The notes beneath the pieces were generated by a model, which was not told the origin of the DNA, made no database searches, and saw only the letters and a list, made by a program, of their open reading frames with translations. 64,000 nt of DNA from an uncultured Candidatus Rokubacteria bacterium. GTDB taxonomy: Bacteria > Methylomirabilota > Methylomirabilia > Rokubacteriales > CSP1-6. This document shows positions 48,065 through 63,891 of the stretch, in pieces. Positions within the stretch are counted from its first letter, which is position 1; every line of letters begins with the position of its first letter. The stretch spans positions 856,188 to 920,187 of the forward strand of contig CAVWFS010000018.1 in assembly GCA_963754315.1 (NCBI GenBank). Direction: 5' to 3'. Made by a program: the position numbers and the translations under genes.

Positions 48065-49681
48065 ATGGCGGACCTGTTCGACGGCTACCCGCTCGGCGAG
48101 GCGTGGGACGAGATGTTCGGCGAGTCCGGCCGGGCCCGCGCCCGCCTACGCCGGGCTGTTCGCCTCGATGCAGCCCATCGACGGCGACGAACTGGCCGCC
48201 CGCGCCGACGTGCTGAGCCAGACCTACCGCGACGCCGGGGTCACCTTCGCCCACGCCGGCGAGGAGCAGCCGTTCCCGCTCGACATCGTGCCGCGGGTCA
48301 TCGACGCCGACGAGTGGGCGGTCATCGAGCGCGGCGTCGCCCAGCGGGTGCACGCGCTGGAGGCGTTCCTCGCCGACGTCTACGGCGCCGGCCAGGTGCT
48401 TCGCCGACCGCATCGTGCCGCGCAGCGTCGTCACCACCAGCGCGCACTTCCACCGCCAGGCGCACGGCCTGGTGCCGCCCGAACGGCGTCCGCGTGCACG
48501 TCAGCGGCATCGACCTGGTCCGCGACGAGGCCGGCGACTTCCGGGTGCTCGAGGACAACCTGCGCTCGCCGTCGGGGGTCAGCTACGTCATCACGAACCG
48601 GGCGGCGATGAGCCAGGTGCTGCCGGAGCTGTTCGCCGACCACCGCATCCAGCCGGTCGCCGACTACCCGAGCCGGCTGCTGGCCGCGCTCAAGGCGTCC
48701 GCGCCCAACGAGCGTCGCCGACCCGACGGTCGTCGTCCTCACCCCGGGCGTCTACAACTCCGCCTACTTCGAGCACGCGCTGCTGGCCCGCCAGATGGGC
48801 GTCGAGCTGGTCGAGGGCCGCGACCTGGTCTGCGCGGCAACCAGGTCAGCATGCGGACGACGGACGGCGAGCAGCGCGTCGACGTCATCTACCGGCGGAT
48901 CGACGACGAGTTCCTCGACCCGGTGCACTTCCGGCCCGACTCGGTGATCGGCTGCGCCGGCGTGCTCAACGCCGCCCGCGCCGGCCGGGTCACGATCGCC
49001 AACGCCGTCGGCAACGGCGTCGCCGACGACAAGCTGCTCTACACCTACGTGCCCGACCTGATCCGCTACTACCTGGGCGAGGAGCCGGTGCTGCGAACGT
49101 CGAGACCCACCGGCTGGACGACGCGCGACACCGTCGAGTGGGTGCTCGAGTCCCTCGACCAGCTGGTGCTCAAGCCGGTCGACGGCTCGGGCGGCAAGGG
49201 CATCGTCATCGGGCCGCAGGCCGACGAGAAGACGCTGGGCGAGCTGGCGGTCAAGGTGCGGGCGACGCCGCGGGACTGGATCGCGCAGAAGCCGATCGGG
49301 CTGTCCACCTGCCCGACGCTGATCGGCGGCCGGATCGCGCCGCGGCACGTCGACCTGCGCCCGTTCGCGGTCAACGACGGCGAGCAAGGTGTGGGTGCTG
49401 CCCGGCGGGCTGACCCGGGTGGCGCTGCCGGAGGGCGAGCTGGTCGTCAACTCCAGCCAGGGCGGCGGGTCCAAGGACACCTGGGTGCTCAGCCCGCCGC
49501 GGCAGGCCGCCGAGCCGGAGGAGCCGGACCTGACGACCGATCGAGTTCACCGCTCGCCGACCTGCCGGAGGACCCGCCGGCGCAGGACCCCGGGCCCGCT
49601 CGAGCGACACCGTCGTCGGCCAGTCCCAGCAGCAGCAGCAGGGGCCTTGTGGCCACAGGCCCTCGGGGGACGACGTGCTGA
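48065..49681 (+). CDS. Circularly permuted type 2 ATP-grasp protein (frameshifted)
   Basis: [74 protein letters not shown]. Confidence 0.92.
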   Translation: MADLFDGYPLGEAWDEMFGESGRARARLRRAVRLDAAHRRRRTGRPRRRAEPDLPRRRGHLRPRRRGAAVPARHRAAGHRRRRVGGHRARRRPAGARAGGVPRRRLRRRPGASPTASCRAASSPPARTSTARRTAWCRPNGVRVHVSGIDLVRDEAGDFRVLEDNLRSPSGVSYVITNRAAMSQVLPELFADHRIQPVADYPSRLLAALKASAPNERRRPDGRRPHPGRLQLRLLRARAAGPPDGRRAGRGPRPGLRGNQVSMRTTDGEQRVDVIYRRIDDEFLDPVHFRPDSVIGCAGVLNAARAGRVTIANAVGNGVADDKLLYTYVPDLIRYYLGEEPVLRTSRPTGWTTRDTVEWVLESLDQLVLKPVDGSGGKGIVIGPQADEKTLGELAVKVRATPRDWIAQKPIGLSTCPTLIGGRIAPRHVDLRPFAVNDGEQGVGAARRADPGGAAGGRAGRQLQPGRRVQGHLGAQPAAAGRRAGGAGPDDRSSSPLADLPEDPPAQDPGPARATPSSASPSSSSRGLVATGPRGTTC

Positions 49682-50625
49682 GCCGGATCGCCGAGTCGCT
49701 GTTCTGGATCGGCCGCTACGTGGAGCGCGCCGACGACACCGCCCGCATCCTCGACGTGCACACCCAGCGGCTGGTCGAGGACCCGTGGATCGACGAGCGC
49801 CGGGCCTGCGCCAACCTGCTCGCGCTCATGGGCTCGCCGACGCCGGAATCCGAGGCCGACACCGAGCGGGTGCTGGCCACCCTCGCCTTCGACCGCACCA
49901 GCCCGAGCTCGATCGTCGGGGCGCTGTCGGCGGCGCGGGAGAACGCCCGCGGCGCCCGCGAGGTGCTCAGCGCCGAGATCTGGGAGTCGCTCAACGTCAC
50001 CCACAACGCCCTGCCGCAGCAGCGCACGATGGCCCGCCGGTACGGCCCGCACTCGCTGTTCCGGTTCGTCCGCGAGCGCTCGGCGATGGTCTTCGGCCTG
50101 GCCGACGCCACGATGAGCCGCGACGAGAGCTGGCTGTTCCTCATCCTGGGCCGCTCGCTGGAGCGGGTGGACATGACCTCGCGGATCATCTCCACCCGCG
50201 TGCTGGCCGGCGACGCCGCGCCGTCCTGGACGCTGGTGCTGCGCTCGACCGGCGCCTACGAGCCCTACCTGCGCACCTACCGCGGCATGGTGAACTCCAG
50301 CCGGGCGGCGGAGTTCCTGCTGCTGGACCGGCTGTTCCCGCGCTCGGTGTTCGCCGCGCTGGAGCAGGCCGAGGCGTGCCTGGCCGAGCTGGAGCGGTCG
50401 ACGATCCGCGACGCGGCCCGGATCGGGGTCACCGGCGAGGCGCACCGCATCGTCGGCCGGGCCCGCACGATGCTGGAGTTCATGGGCACCCCCGAGCTGC
50501 TGGCCCAGCTGCCGGCGCGGCTGGAGGAGCTGCAGCGGATGTGCTCGGCGGCCAGCGCCGCGGTGACGCACCGGTTCTTCACCGAGCAGGCCCCGCAGGT
50601 GTGGGTGCCGGAGGAGGCCGGGTGA
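49675..50625 (+). CDS. Alpha-E domain protein
   Basis: [39 protein letters not shown]. Confidence 0.93.
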   Translation: MLSRIAESLFWIGRYVERADDTARILDVHTQRLVEDPWIDERRACANLLALMGSPTPESEADTERVLATLAFDRTSPSSIVGALSAARENARGAREVLSAEIWESLNVTHNALPQQRTMARRYGPHSLFRFVRERSAMVFGLADATMSRDESWLFLILGRSLERVDMTSRIISTRVLAGDAAPSWTLVLRSTGAYEPYLRTYRGMVNSSRAAEFLLLDRLFPRSVFAALEQAEACLAELERSTIRDAARIGVTGEAHRIVGRARTMLEFMGTPELLAQLPARLEELQRMCSAASAAVTHRFFTEQAPQVWVPEEAG

Positions 50626-51519
50626 CTCCGCAGACGCAGAGCCAGGCCGGACGACGCCGGCGCGCACCGGCGGCCACCGGTGGCGGCTGCAGGTCGTGCA
50701 CCGCACCCGGTTCCACTACAGCGGGCCGGTGCGCTCCTCCTACAACGAGGCGCGGCTGACCCCGGAGAGCAGCAACCGGCAGACGACGCTGCGCTCCCGC
50801 GTGGAGATCGAGCCGGCGGCCACCGCCTACGCCTACCGCGACTACTGGGGCTCCACGGTCACCGCGTTCGACCTGCACAGCCCGCACGCCGAGCTGGTGG
50901 TCACCGGCACCTCGATCGTGGAGGCCGGGCCCGACCTCGCCGGGCACGACCGGGTGGGCTGGAGCGGGCTGGCGCGCCCGGGAGGTGCGCGAGCAGTTCG
51001 GCGAGCTGCTGACGCCCACCCCGCTCACGGCCATGAGCGACGAGGTGGTGGCCGCGGTGCGCGACGCCGTCGGCGACGCCCATCCGCACGACGCCGGCCC
51101 GATCGTGTGCCGCTTCGTCGGCGAGCACATGGAGTACCTGTCCGGCTCGACGAACGTGAAGACCAACGCGATGCAGGCCTGGACCAAGGGCAAGGGCGTC
51201 TGCCAGGACATCTCGCACGTCACCGTCGGCCTGCTGCGCGCGCTCGGCCTGCCCGCCCGCTACGTCTCCGGCTACCTGCACCCGAAGCAAGGACGCCGCG
51301 ATCGGCGAGGCGGTGACCGGCGAGAGCCACGCCTGGGTGGAGTGGTGGGACGGCGGCTGGAACGGCTTCGACCCGACCAACTCCGTGGACGTCGGCAACC
51401 GGCACGTCACGATCGGGCGGGGCCGCGACTACGGCGACGTCCCGCCGTTCAAGGGGCTGTTCTCCGGGTCGAAGAGCGAGGGCCACACGGTGACGGTGGA
51501 GGTCACCCGGCTCGCCTGA
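50622..51519 (+). CDS. Transglutaminase-like protein with N-terminal Bact_transglu_N domain (frameshifted)
   Basis: [19 protein letters not shown]; catalytic GVCQD, HAW, FDPTN; GRDYGDV. Confidence 0.9.
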
Positions 51520-51545
51520 CCGGCGGTGCCGCACACTGGGCGGCG

Positions 51546-53370
<1,825 letters not shown>

Positions 53371-53586
53371 CCGGCCCGCTCGCGAGCCTGCTCACCGCGA
53401 CGTCGTGCTCTGCCCACGATGCGGGCAGAGCACGAGCTTGCCGGGTGCACGGTCAGGCCGGCCCAGGTGGTAGCGTCCGCGCACGAGAGCGGGCCGGCGA
53501 CGCCGGCCGGTAACCTGGGGTCACCGCCGCCGGTCGTCCCCGACGTCAGTGGTCGTCCTCGAGCCCGCCCCGACTCCCGGAGACCC

Positions 53587-56486
53587 ATGACCGCACTGCT
53601 CCTGCTGCCACCTGCTGGCCGCGGTCCTCGCGCCGGTGCTGGTGCGGTGGTGGGGCCGGCAGGCCTTCCTCGCGCTCGCGCTCGTCCCGGCCGCCGCGTT
53701 CGGCTGGGTGCTCGCCCAGCTGGCGACGGTCGCTCGGCGGCGGCGAGGTCCGCGAGACGGTCCCGTGGATCCCGGCCCTCGACCTCGACGTCGCCCTGCG
53801 GCTGGACGCGCTCGCGCTGCTGTTCGCCGCGATCGTCACCGGGGTCGGCGCGCTCGTGCTCGTCTACTGCGCCCGCTACTTCGCAGCCGGCGACGACGGG
53901 CTCGGCCGGTTCGCCGGCAACCTCGTCGCCTTCGCCGGCTCGATGCTCGGCCTGGTCCTGGCCGACGACCTGCTCGCTGCTCTACGTCTTCTGGGAGCTC
54001 ACCACCGTCTTCTCCTTCCTGCTGATCGGCGGCGCGGGCGAGCGGCTGGCCGGCGCGCCGGGCGGCCAGCCAGGCGCTGATCCTGACCACCGCCGGCGGG
54101 CTGGCGATGCTGGTCGGGCTGATCCTGATCGGCCAGGCCAGCGGCTCGCTACCTGCTCTCGGAGGTGGTCGCGAACCCGGGCAGCGGCACGGCGATGGTC
54201 GCCGGCACCGCTGCTCGTGCTGGTCGGCGCGGTGACCAAGTCGGCGCTGGTGCCCTTCCACTTCTGGCTGCCCGCCGCGATGGAGGCGCCCACCCCGGTC
54301 AGCGCCTACCTGCACGCCGCCGCGATGGTGAAGGCCGGCATCTACCTCGTGGCCCGGCTCGCGCCCGGGCTTCGCCGACGTCCCGGGCTGGCGGCCGGTC
54401 CTGCTCGGCCTGGGCGTGGCCACGATGCTCGTCGGCGGCTACCGCGCGCTGCGGCAGACCGACCTGAAGCTGCTGCTCGCCTTCGGGACGGTCAGCCAGC
54501 TCGGCTTCCTCATGGTGCTGGTCGGCGCCGGCAGCCGCGAGCTCGCCGCGGCCGGGCTGGCGATGACCGTCGCGCACGCCCTGTTCAAGTCCACCCTGTT
54601 CCTCACCGTCGGCGTCATCGACCACGCCACCGGCACCCGCGACCTGCGCCAGCTCTCCGGCCTCGGCCGCCGGCTGCCCGTCCTCGCCGCGATCGGCACG
54701 CTCGCGGCGGCGTCGATGGCCGGGCTCCCGCCGCTGCTGGGCTTCGTCGGCAAGGAGGCCGCCTTCACCGCGCTGCTGGGACGGCGGGCTGCCCGACCGC
54801 ACCGCCGCGGCCGTCGTCCTGACCGGGCTCGTGGTCGGCTCCGCGCTGACCGCCGCGTACAGCGCCCGCTTCCTGTGGGGCGCCTTCGCCCGCAAGCCCG
54901 GGCTGCCCGACGCCGCACCGGCCGAGCTCGTCCACCGGCCGGGGCCGCTGTTCCTCGCCGCGCCGGCGGTGCTCGCGCTGGCCGGGCTGGTCGCCGGACC
55001 GGCCAGCCCGCTGCTCGAGCCGCTGGTCGCCGGCTACGCCGACACCCTGCCGCTGCTCGCGCCCGAGGCCGAGGAGCTGGCGCTGTGGCACGGCTGGCAG
55101 CCGGCCCTGGCGCTGTCGGCGCTCGCGCTGCTCGGCGGTGCGGCGCTGTTCGCCGTCCGCACGCCGGGTGTACGCGGCGCAGCGGCGGGTCGCCGTCGGG
55201 GCGTCGGCCGACGAGGGCTACTGGAACGTGCATCCAGGGCCTGGACCGGCTGTCCGTGCTGGTCACCGGCACCACGCAGCGCGGCTCGCTGCCCGCCTAC
55301 CTCGGCACGATCCTCGTCGTCGTCCTGGCGCTGCCCGGCACGGTGCTGCTCACCCGCGCGCCCTGGCCGGGCGAGTGGCGGGCCTGGGACACCCCGGTGC
55401 AGGCCCTCGTCGGCGCCGTCGTCCTGATCGCGGCGGCGCTGGCGCTGCGCATCCGCCAGCGGCTCTCGGCGGTGCTCGTCGTCGGCGTCACCGGCTACGG
55501 CGTCGCGGTGCTCTTCGCCCTCCAGGGCGCCCCCGACCTCGCGCTGACCCAGTTCCTCGTCGAGACGCTGACCCTCGTCGTCTTCGTGCTGGTGCTGCGC
55601 AAGCTGCCGAAGGACATCACCGAGCGGCACCGCCCCCGCGAGCGCGCCGTCCGCGGCGTGATCGCCGTCGCGGTCGGCGCGCTCATGGGCGCCGTCGGCG
55701 CGGTGGCGCTGGCCGCGCGGACGGCGACGCCGGTCTCGGCCGGCTTCCCGGAGCCGGCCTACGACTTCGGCGGCGGCAAGAACATCGTCAACGTGACGCT
55801 GGTCGACATCCGCGCCTGGGACACCCTCGGCGAGATCTCGCTGCTGGTCGTCGCCGCGACCGGCGTGGCCAGCCTGGTCTTCCTCCGCGGCCGGACCGGC
55901 GGGGTCGACCGGCGCGGGCGGCGACGTGCTCGCCGCGCCGGACGCCGCCGGCGGCCGGGCGCCGCGGCGCCGCTGGCTGGCCGCGTCCGCGCACGCTCGA
56001 CCCCGGAGCGCCGCTCGGTCGTGCTCGAGGTGGTCACCCGGATCCTCTTCCACACGATCCTGGTCTTCTCGCTCTACCTGCTGTTCTCCGGGCACAACGC
56101 GCCCGGCGGCGGGTTCGCCGGCGGGCTGGTCGCCGGGCTCGCGCTGGTGCTGCGCTACCTGGCCGGCGGCCGCTACGAGCTCGGCGAGGCCGCGCCGGTC
56201 GACCCCGGGCTGCTGCTCGGCGCCGGGCTGCTGTTCGCCGGCGGCACCGGGGTGGCCGGCCTGCTGCTCGGGGCCGAGGTGCTGCAGACGGCGATCCTCG
56301 AGACGACGCTGCCGGTGCTCGGCGACGTCAAGCTGGTGACGTCGCTGTTCTTCGACATCGGGGTCTACCTGATCGTCGTCGGCCTGGTGCTCGACGTGCT
56401 GCGCAGCCTCGGCGCCGAGCTCGACCGCCAGGAGGACGAGGACGACCCGATCGAGGCTCGAGCCCGGAGAGGTGGTCGTCCGATGA
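53587..56486 (+). CDS. mrpA: Na+/H+ antiporter subunit A (MrpA-B fusion; frameshifted)
   Basis: [57 protein letters not shown]. Confidence 0.92.
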
Positions 56487-56989
56487 CCCCCACCGTCGTG
56501 CTCCCCGTGCTCATCGGCGGGCTCTACGCCGCCGGCGTCTACCTGCTGCTCGACCGCAGCCTGACCCGCGTGCTGGTCGGCTTCCTGCTGCTCGGCAACG
56601 CCACCAACCTGCTGCTGCTGTCGGCCGGCGGCCCGGCCGGGCGGCGCGCCGATCCTCGGCGTCACCGAGCCGGAGGAGATGAGCGACCCGCTGCCGCAGG
56701 CGCTGATCCTCACCGCGATCGTGATCACCTTCGGCGTCGCCGCGTTCCTGCTGGCGATGATCCACCGGTCCTGGCGGCTGGTCCGCGAGGAGGCGTGGGC
56801 ACCGACGAGGAGGACCGCCGGGTCGCCGGCCGGCACGGCCACCGACGCCGACGAGCTCGACCCCGACGACCTCGCCCCGGACGACCGGCCGGCCGGGCAC
56901 GCGGACAGCCTGCACGCGCCGCCGGACGGGCGCCGACGCACCGCTCGCCGACGACGTCCGACCTGCCCGCCGCCGGGGACGACCGATGA
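56483..56989 (+). CDS. mrpC: Na+/H+ antiporter subunit C (frameshifted)
   Basis: YLLLDRSLTR, DPLPQALILTAIVI. Confidence 0.9.
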   Translation: MTPTVVLPVLIGGLYAAGVYLLLDRSLTRVLVGFLLLGNATNLLLLSAGGPAGRRADPRRHRAGGDERPAAAGADPHRDRDHLRRRRVPAGDDPPVLAAGPRGGVGTDEEDRRVAGRHGHRRRRARPRRPRPGRPAGRARGQPARAAGRAPTHRSPTTSDLPAAGDDR

Positions 56990-58705
56990 CCGGCGTCCTG
57001 GCCCCGCTGCCGGTGCTGCTGCCGCTGCTCGGCGCCGCGAGCGCCCTGCTGGTCGGCCGGCACCCGCGCATCCAGCGCGCGCTCAGCCTGGTCGTGCTCA
57101 CCGCGGTGCTCGCCGTCTCGGTCGTGCTGCTGCTGACCGCCGACGCCGACGGCGCGGTCGTCGGTCGCCGTCGGCGGGTGGCGCGGTGCCGCTCGGGATC
57201 GTGCTGGTCGTCGACCGGCTGTCGCGCGCTGATGCTGGTGGTCGCCTCGACCGTGGCGCTCGGCGTGCTCGTCTTCGCCGTCGGCCAGGGCAACGCCGAC
57301 GGGGACGAGGAGCACGCCGGTGTCGATCTTCCACCCGACGTTCCTGGTCCTGGTCGCCGGCGTGAGCAACGCGTTCCTGGCCGGCGACCTGTTCAACCTC
57401 TACGTCGGCTTCGAGATCCTGCTGATGGCCAGCTACGTGCTGCTCACCCTCGGCGGCACGGCGCCCCGGATCCGCGGCGGGCATCACCTACGTCGTCGTC
57501 AGCCTGACCAGCTCGCTGATCTTCCTGGCCGCGATCGGGCTGATCTACGCCGCGACCGGCACCGTGAACATGGCGCAGCTCGCCGATCCGGCTCGGCGAG
57601 CTGCCCGCCGGCACCCAGCTGCTGCTGCAGCTCGCTGCTGCTCATCGCGTTCTGCATCAAGGCGGCGGTGTTCCCGCTGTCGGCCTGGCTGCCCGACAGC
57701 TACCCGACCGCGCCCGCGCCGGTGACCGCGGTGTTCGCCGGCCTGCTCACCAAGGTCGGCGTCTACGCGATCATCCGCACCCAGACGCTGCTGTTCCCCG
57801 ACGGCGGCGCTCGACGACCTGCTGCTGTGGGCCGCCCTGGCCACGATGGTGATCGGCATCCTGGGCGCGGTCGCGCAGACCGACATCCGCCGCATGCTGT
57901 CCTTCACCCTGGTCAGCCACATCGGCTACATGGTCTTCGGCATCGCCCTGGGGACGACGGCCGGGCTGGCCGGCGCGATCTTCTACGTCGCCCACCACAT
58001 CGCCATCCAGACGACGCTGTTCCTGGTCGCCGGGCTGATCGAGCGCCAGGGCGGGTCGACGTCGGTCGACCGGCTCGGCGGCCTGGCCGGCAGCGCGCCG
58101 CTGCTGGCGGTGCTGTTCTTCGTGCCCGGCGATGAACCTGGCCGGCATCCCGCCGCTGTCGGGGTTCATCGGCAAGCTGGGGCTGCTGCGAGGCCGGCGT
58201 CGCCGACGGGCAGCCGGCTGGCGCCTGACGTGCTGGTCGCGGGCGGGGCGCTGACCAGCCTGCTGACCCTGTTCGCCGTCGCCCGCGTCTGGACCCGCGC
58301 GTTCTGGCGCCCGCCGGCCCAGGCGCCCGCCGACGACACCGCCGCCGCGGCCGCGGCCGACGCCGGACCCGAGACGCGCCGAGCGGCGCCGAGCGGCGCC
58401 GGTGCCGCGATCCGGCCGGCACCCGCGGCGAGCGGCGGGCCGCCTGGCAGGCGGCCTGGCAGCGGCACTCGCGACGTGGCGACGGCGGCCGACGACGGAC
58501 CCGACGGCCCGGCGCGGCGAGCAGCGCGGCCGCTGCCGCGCGTGATGGTGGCGACGACGGCCGCGATGGTCGCGCGTCACCGTCGCGCTGACCTTCGTCG
58601 CCGGCCCGCTCTACGGCCTGCACCGACCGCGCCGCCGCGGACCTCCTCGAGCGCACCCCGTACATCGAGTCGGTGTTCGACGGCCGCCGGCGGAGGAGGG
58701 CGTGA
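56986..58705 (+). CDS. mrpD: Na+/H+ antiporter subunit D (frameshifted)
   Basis: GDLFNLYVGFE, IKAAVFPL..WLPDSY, LLTKVGVY, GIPP.SGF.GK. Confidence 0.9.
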
Positions 58706-59271
58706 GCGCCGACGCGTCGCCCGGCGCGGCTGCGCCACCAGCTGCCGCTGCTGGGCTGGCTGGTGCTGGTCTGGATCCTGCTGTGGGGCACGTGGTCGTG
58801 GGCGAACGCTGCTCTCGGGGCTGCGGTCGCCCTCGCCGTCACTGTGCTGCTCCCGCTGCCGCCGGTGGTCGGCGGGATCCGGGTGCGGCCGCTGCCGCTG
58901 CTGCGCGTTCGTCGGCCACTTCCTGGTCGACCTCGTCGCTGTCCGGCGCCCAGGTCGCCTGGCGGGCGCTCGGCCCGGGCGGGCAGCGGCAGAGCGCGAT
59001 CGTGCGGGTGCAGCTGCGGGCCGACTCCGACCTGCTCCTGACGATCATCGCCGAGACGGTCTCCCTGGTCCCGGGCTCGCTGGTGCTCGACCTCGACCGG
59101 GAGGAGCGGCTGATCGCCGTCCACCTGCTGCACGTCCGCGACCGCGCCACGTCGAGCGGCAGAAGGCCGACGTGCTCGCCACCGAGGACCGGGTCGTGCG
59201 GGCCTTCGGGTCGACGGCGGAGATCGCGGCGCTCGCGCTCGGCGCCACCGGAGGGACGGACGACGCCGTGA
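58702..59271 (+). CDS. mrpE: Na+/H+ antiporter subunit E (frameshifted)
   Basis: LVWILLWG, SLVPGSLV, VHLLH. Confidence 0.85.
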   Translation: MSADASPGAAAPPAAAAGLAGAGLDPAVGHVVVGERCSRGCGRPRRHCAAPAAAGGRRDPGAAAAAAARSSATSWSTSSLSGAQVAWRALGPGGQRQSAIVRVQLRADSDLLLTIIAETVSLVPGSLVLDLDREERLIAVHLLHVRDRATSSGRRPTCSPPRTGSCGPSGRRRRSRRSRSAPPEGRTTP

Positions 59272-59595
59272 GCACCTCGACGTCGTCGCCGTGATCGCGC
59301 ACGCGCTGCTGGGCGGCGGGGCGCTGCTCGCGCTGGTCCGGCTCGCCCGGGGCCCGTCGCTGCTCGACCGGGTCGTCGCCACCGACACCCTGCTGGTGAT
59401 CATCTCCGCGAGCCTGGCGGTGCTACGCGGCGCTGGACCGCGACCCGACCGTCGTCCCGGTGCTGGTGGTGGTCTCGCTGCTGGCGTTCGTCGGCTCGGT
59501 GTCGATCGCCCGCTACGTGGGCGGGATGCTGATGCGGTCGGCGCCGAGGACGGCAGCGACGCCGGAGCGCGGCCGTGGCCGAGGAGCGGCGATGA
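59268..59595 (+). CDS. mrpF: Na+/H+ antiporter subunit F (frameshifted)
   Basis: RLARGPSLLDRVVATD, LLAFVGSVSIARY. Confidence 0.85.
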
Positions 59596-60052
59596 GCGTG
59601 CTCGACGTCGTCGCGCTCGGCTGCCTGCTGGCCGGCGCGTTCCTGTGCCTGACCGCGGGGCTGGGGCTGGTCCGCTTCCCCGACGTGCTGTCCCGGATGC
59701 ACGCCGGCACCAAGCCGCAGGTGCTCGGCGTCCTGCTGGTCATGGTGGGCGGCGGCGATCCGGCTGCACGGGCTGGTCGGCGACCTGGATGCTGCTGCTG
59801 GTCGCGGTCTTCCAGCTGCTCACCGCGCCGGTCAGCGCGCACATGATCAGCCGCGTGGCCTACCGCCGCCGGCACGTGCGCCGCGACCTGCTGCTGGTCG
59901 ACGAGCTGCGCGACGGCGGAGGGCCGCGACAGCGTCTACCGGGGCGACGAGCCGGCCGACGCGCCCGCCCGGCGCGACCGGGCGAGGCGCTGGCGCAGAG
60001 CCGCCGGGAGGACCGCGAGGAGCGCGGCCGACGGGCCTGTCAGCCCAGCTGA
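59592..60052 (+). CDS. mrpG: Na+/H+ antiporter subunit G (frameshifted; 3' end uncertain)
   Basis: GLVRFPDVLSRMHAGTKP, LTAPVSAH. Confidence 0.83.
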
Positions 60053-60766
60053 CCCAGCCAGAACGGCAGGCCCTGGTCGTCCCGGCAGAGCGCGGACAGC
60101 CCGTAGGACTGCCGCTCGATCTCCCCGGCCTCGCCCCCGGCGGTGCGCACGGCGGCGACCGCCACCTCGATGTCGTCGACGGCGTACATCGGCACCGCGC
60201 CCGGCTCGGTGGCGCCGCCGCCGATGCCGACCATCGGGGTCGTGCCTCGACCTGCCAGCCGTCGGGCACCCGGCCGGGGACCGCCGTCCAGCCGAGCACC
60301 GCCTCGTAGAAGTCGCGGGCGCGGGCACCGTCGGGCACCTGCAGGGTCAGGTAGACGACGTCGCCCGGACGCGGACCGGGCGACGGCGGGCGGCGTCGGG
60401 CGCTGCAGCATCCAGCGGTGGCCGTAGGGGTCGACGACACGCCGGTGCGGCCGTGCGGGGTGTCGTCGGCCGGCCGCTCCACCGTCGCGCCGGCGTCTCG
60501 GCCCGGGCGAGGCGGCGTCGACGTCGGGCACCGAGAGGTGCAGGGAGACGGCGACCCGGCCGTCGTCCGGGCCGGTCAGCCCGAGCTCGGGATACGGGTC
60601 GGCGAGGTAGAGCGTCGCCCCGCCGACCTCGAGCTCGGCATGGCCGATGCGGTCGTCGTCGATGACGTAGGGGTCGCCGACGGCCGGGCGCCGAACGCCT
60701 CGCCGTACCAGGCGATGGCCGCGCGGGCGTCGCGGACGACGAGGTAGGGGATCAGGGCGCGGACAT
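60040..60766 (-). CDS. VOC/glyoxalase-family protein, two domains (frameshifted)
   Basis: LIPYLVVRDARAAIAWY, DPYGHRW, ARDFYEAVLGW, YAVDDIE, DDQG. Confidence 0.8.
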
Positions 60767-60796
60767 GCCGCCGATCCTGCCGTGCTCCGAGAGCCG

Positions 60797-62693
<1,897 letters not shown>

Positions 62694-62712
62694 ACCAGAC
62701 GGTCGTCGCGGC

Positions 62713-63891
62713 TCAGCCCGAGCGTGACTGCATCGGTGGCCCGGGCCTGCCGTGGCGACGCAGGACCACCGCAGGCAGGCCGAGGGCGACGCCGACGGCG
62801 GCGACCGCCGGGGCCAGTGGCAGGACGGAGATGAGTCCGGCCACCGCCAACGGGGTGCCGAACATGGACAGCGCACGGAACGTCCCGCTGGCCGCGATGG
62901 CCTCCCCGCGCTCTTCCGGGTGCACCGACTCCGCCACCACCGCGGAGCCGAGAACCTGCAGCGTGCCGGCGACGTACCCGCCGGCCGCGAGGACGACGGC
63001 CGACAACGGCACGCTGCCGGCCAGCGCGGCGGTGAGGGCGACTGCCGTGCCGCCGACCAGGATCGCCGCGAGCACGACCGGCGGCTGCCAGCGGCTGCGC
63101 ACGCGTCCGGCGACGCCCGCGCCGACGAGCATCGCTCCGTTCGCGACCGCGACGAGCGCGCCGACCGTGGCTGCGGTCTGCCCTGCCGCGATCAGGGCGA
63201 CGGGAACGTAGGAGGTCAGCAGGGCCTGCCAGCCGCCGGCGGTCACGGCCGCGCAGCAGCCGACGTCGACGCCCGGCCGACGCCAGACGCGGCCCTTCGG
63301 CCGGTCCGTGGGCGGAGCGAACGGCGGGAGACGGTCGAGCAGGAACGTCGGCCCGATCGCGACCAGGCTGATCCCCGCGGCCACGGCGAGGGCGAGCACC
63401 GGTGTCTGCTCCGACAGCACACCGGCGATCACCGGACCGATGAGCGAACCGATGGCCGCGGTGAAGTTGACGACGGCCAGCCGCGGCGCGGCGCGGCCGG
63501 GACCCCGGACCAGGTGGGCGGTCATCGACGTCCAGTGGAAAGCGCGGGCGACCCCCTGCAGCAGCTGTGCGATCACGAACGGCACGAGGGACGCCGACAG
63601 GGCGACCAGACCGCAGCTGAGAGCGAGGAAGAAGCCCGCCGACGAGATCAGCGTCCACTCCGGGATGCGCTTCATCAGCGCGCCGAGCTGCAGCCGGCTG
63701 ACGAGCTGGGCGACGGCGGACACCGCGGTGAGGACGCCGATCTCCGCCGCCGAGTACCCGGCGCGGAGCGCGAGCAGGGGGAGGGCCACGCCGGCGACGC
63801 CGAGGGTGAGCCCCATGATCCCGGACGTCGTCGCCGAGGCGGCCAGGTCGCGGGACCGCAGGCGTCTCCAGAAGCTCTCCGGCTCCGTCAC
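62713..63891 (-). CDS. MFS transporter
   Basis: 392 aa with about 12 hydrophobic helices; GPVIAG, PEERG motifs. Confidence 0.88.
   Translation of the reverse strand: MTEPESFWRRLRSRDLAASATTSGIMGLTLGVAGVALPLLALRAGYSAAEIGVLTAVSAVAQLVSRLQLGALMKRIPEWTLISSAGFFLALSCGLVALSASLVPFVIAQLLQGVARAFHWTSMTAHLVRGPGRAAPRLAVVNFTAAIGSLIGPVIAGVLSEQTPVLALAVAAGISLVAIGPTFLLDRLPPFAPPTDRPKGRVWRRPGVDVGCCAAVTAGGWQALLTSYVPVALIAAGQTAATVGALVAVANGAMLVGAGVAGRVRSRWQPPVVLAAILVGGTAVALTAALAGSVPLSAVVLAAGGYVAGTLQVLGSAVVAESVHPEERGEAIAASGTFRALSMFGTPLAVAGLISVLPLAPAVAAVGVALGLPAVVLRRHGRPGPPMQSRSG

Noticed and set aside
58310..58530. Ala/Pro/Gly-rich low-complexity stretch in mrpD
   Set aside because: Variable loop in the C-terminal part of MrpD; no periodic repeat or element ends.
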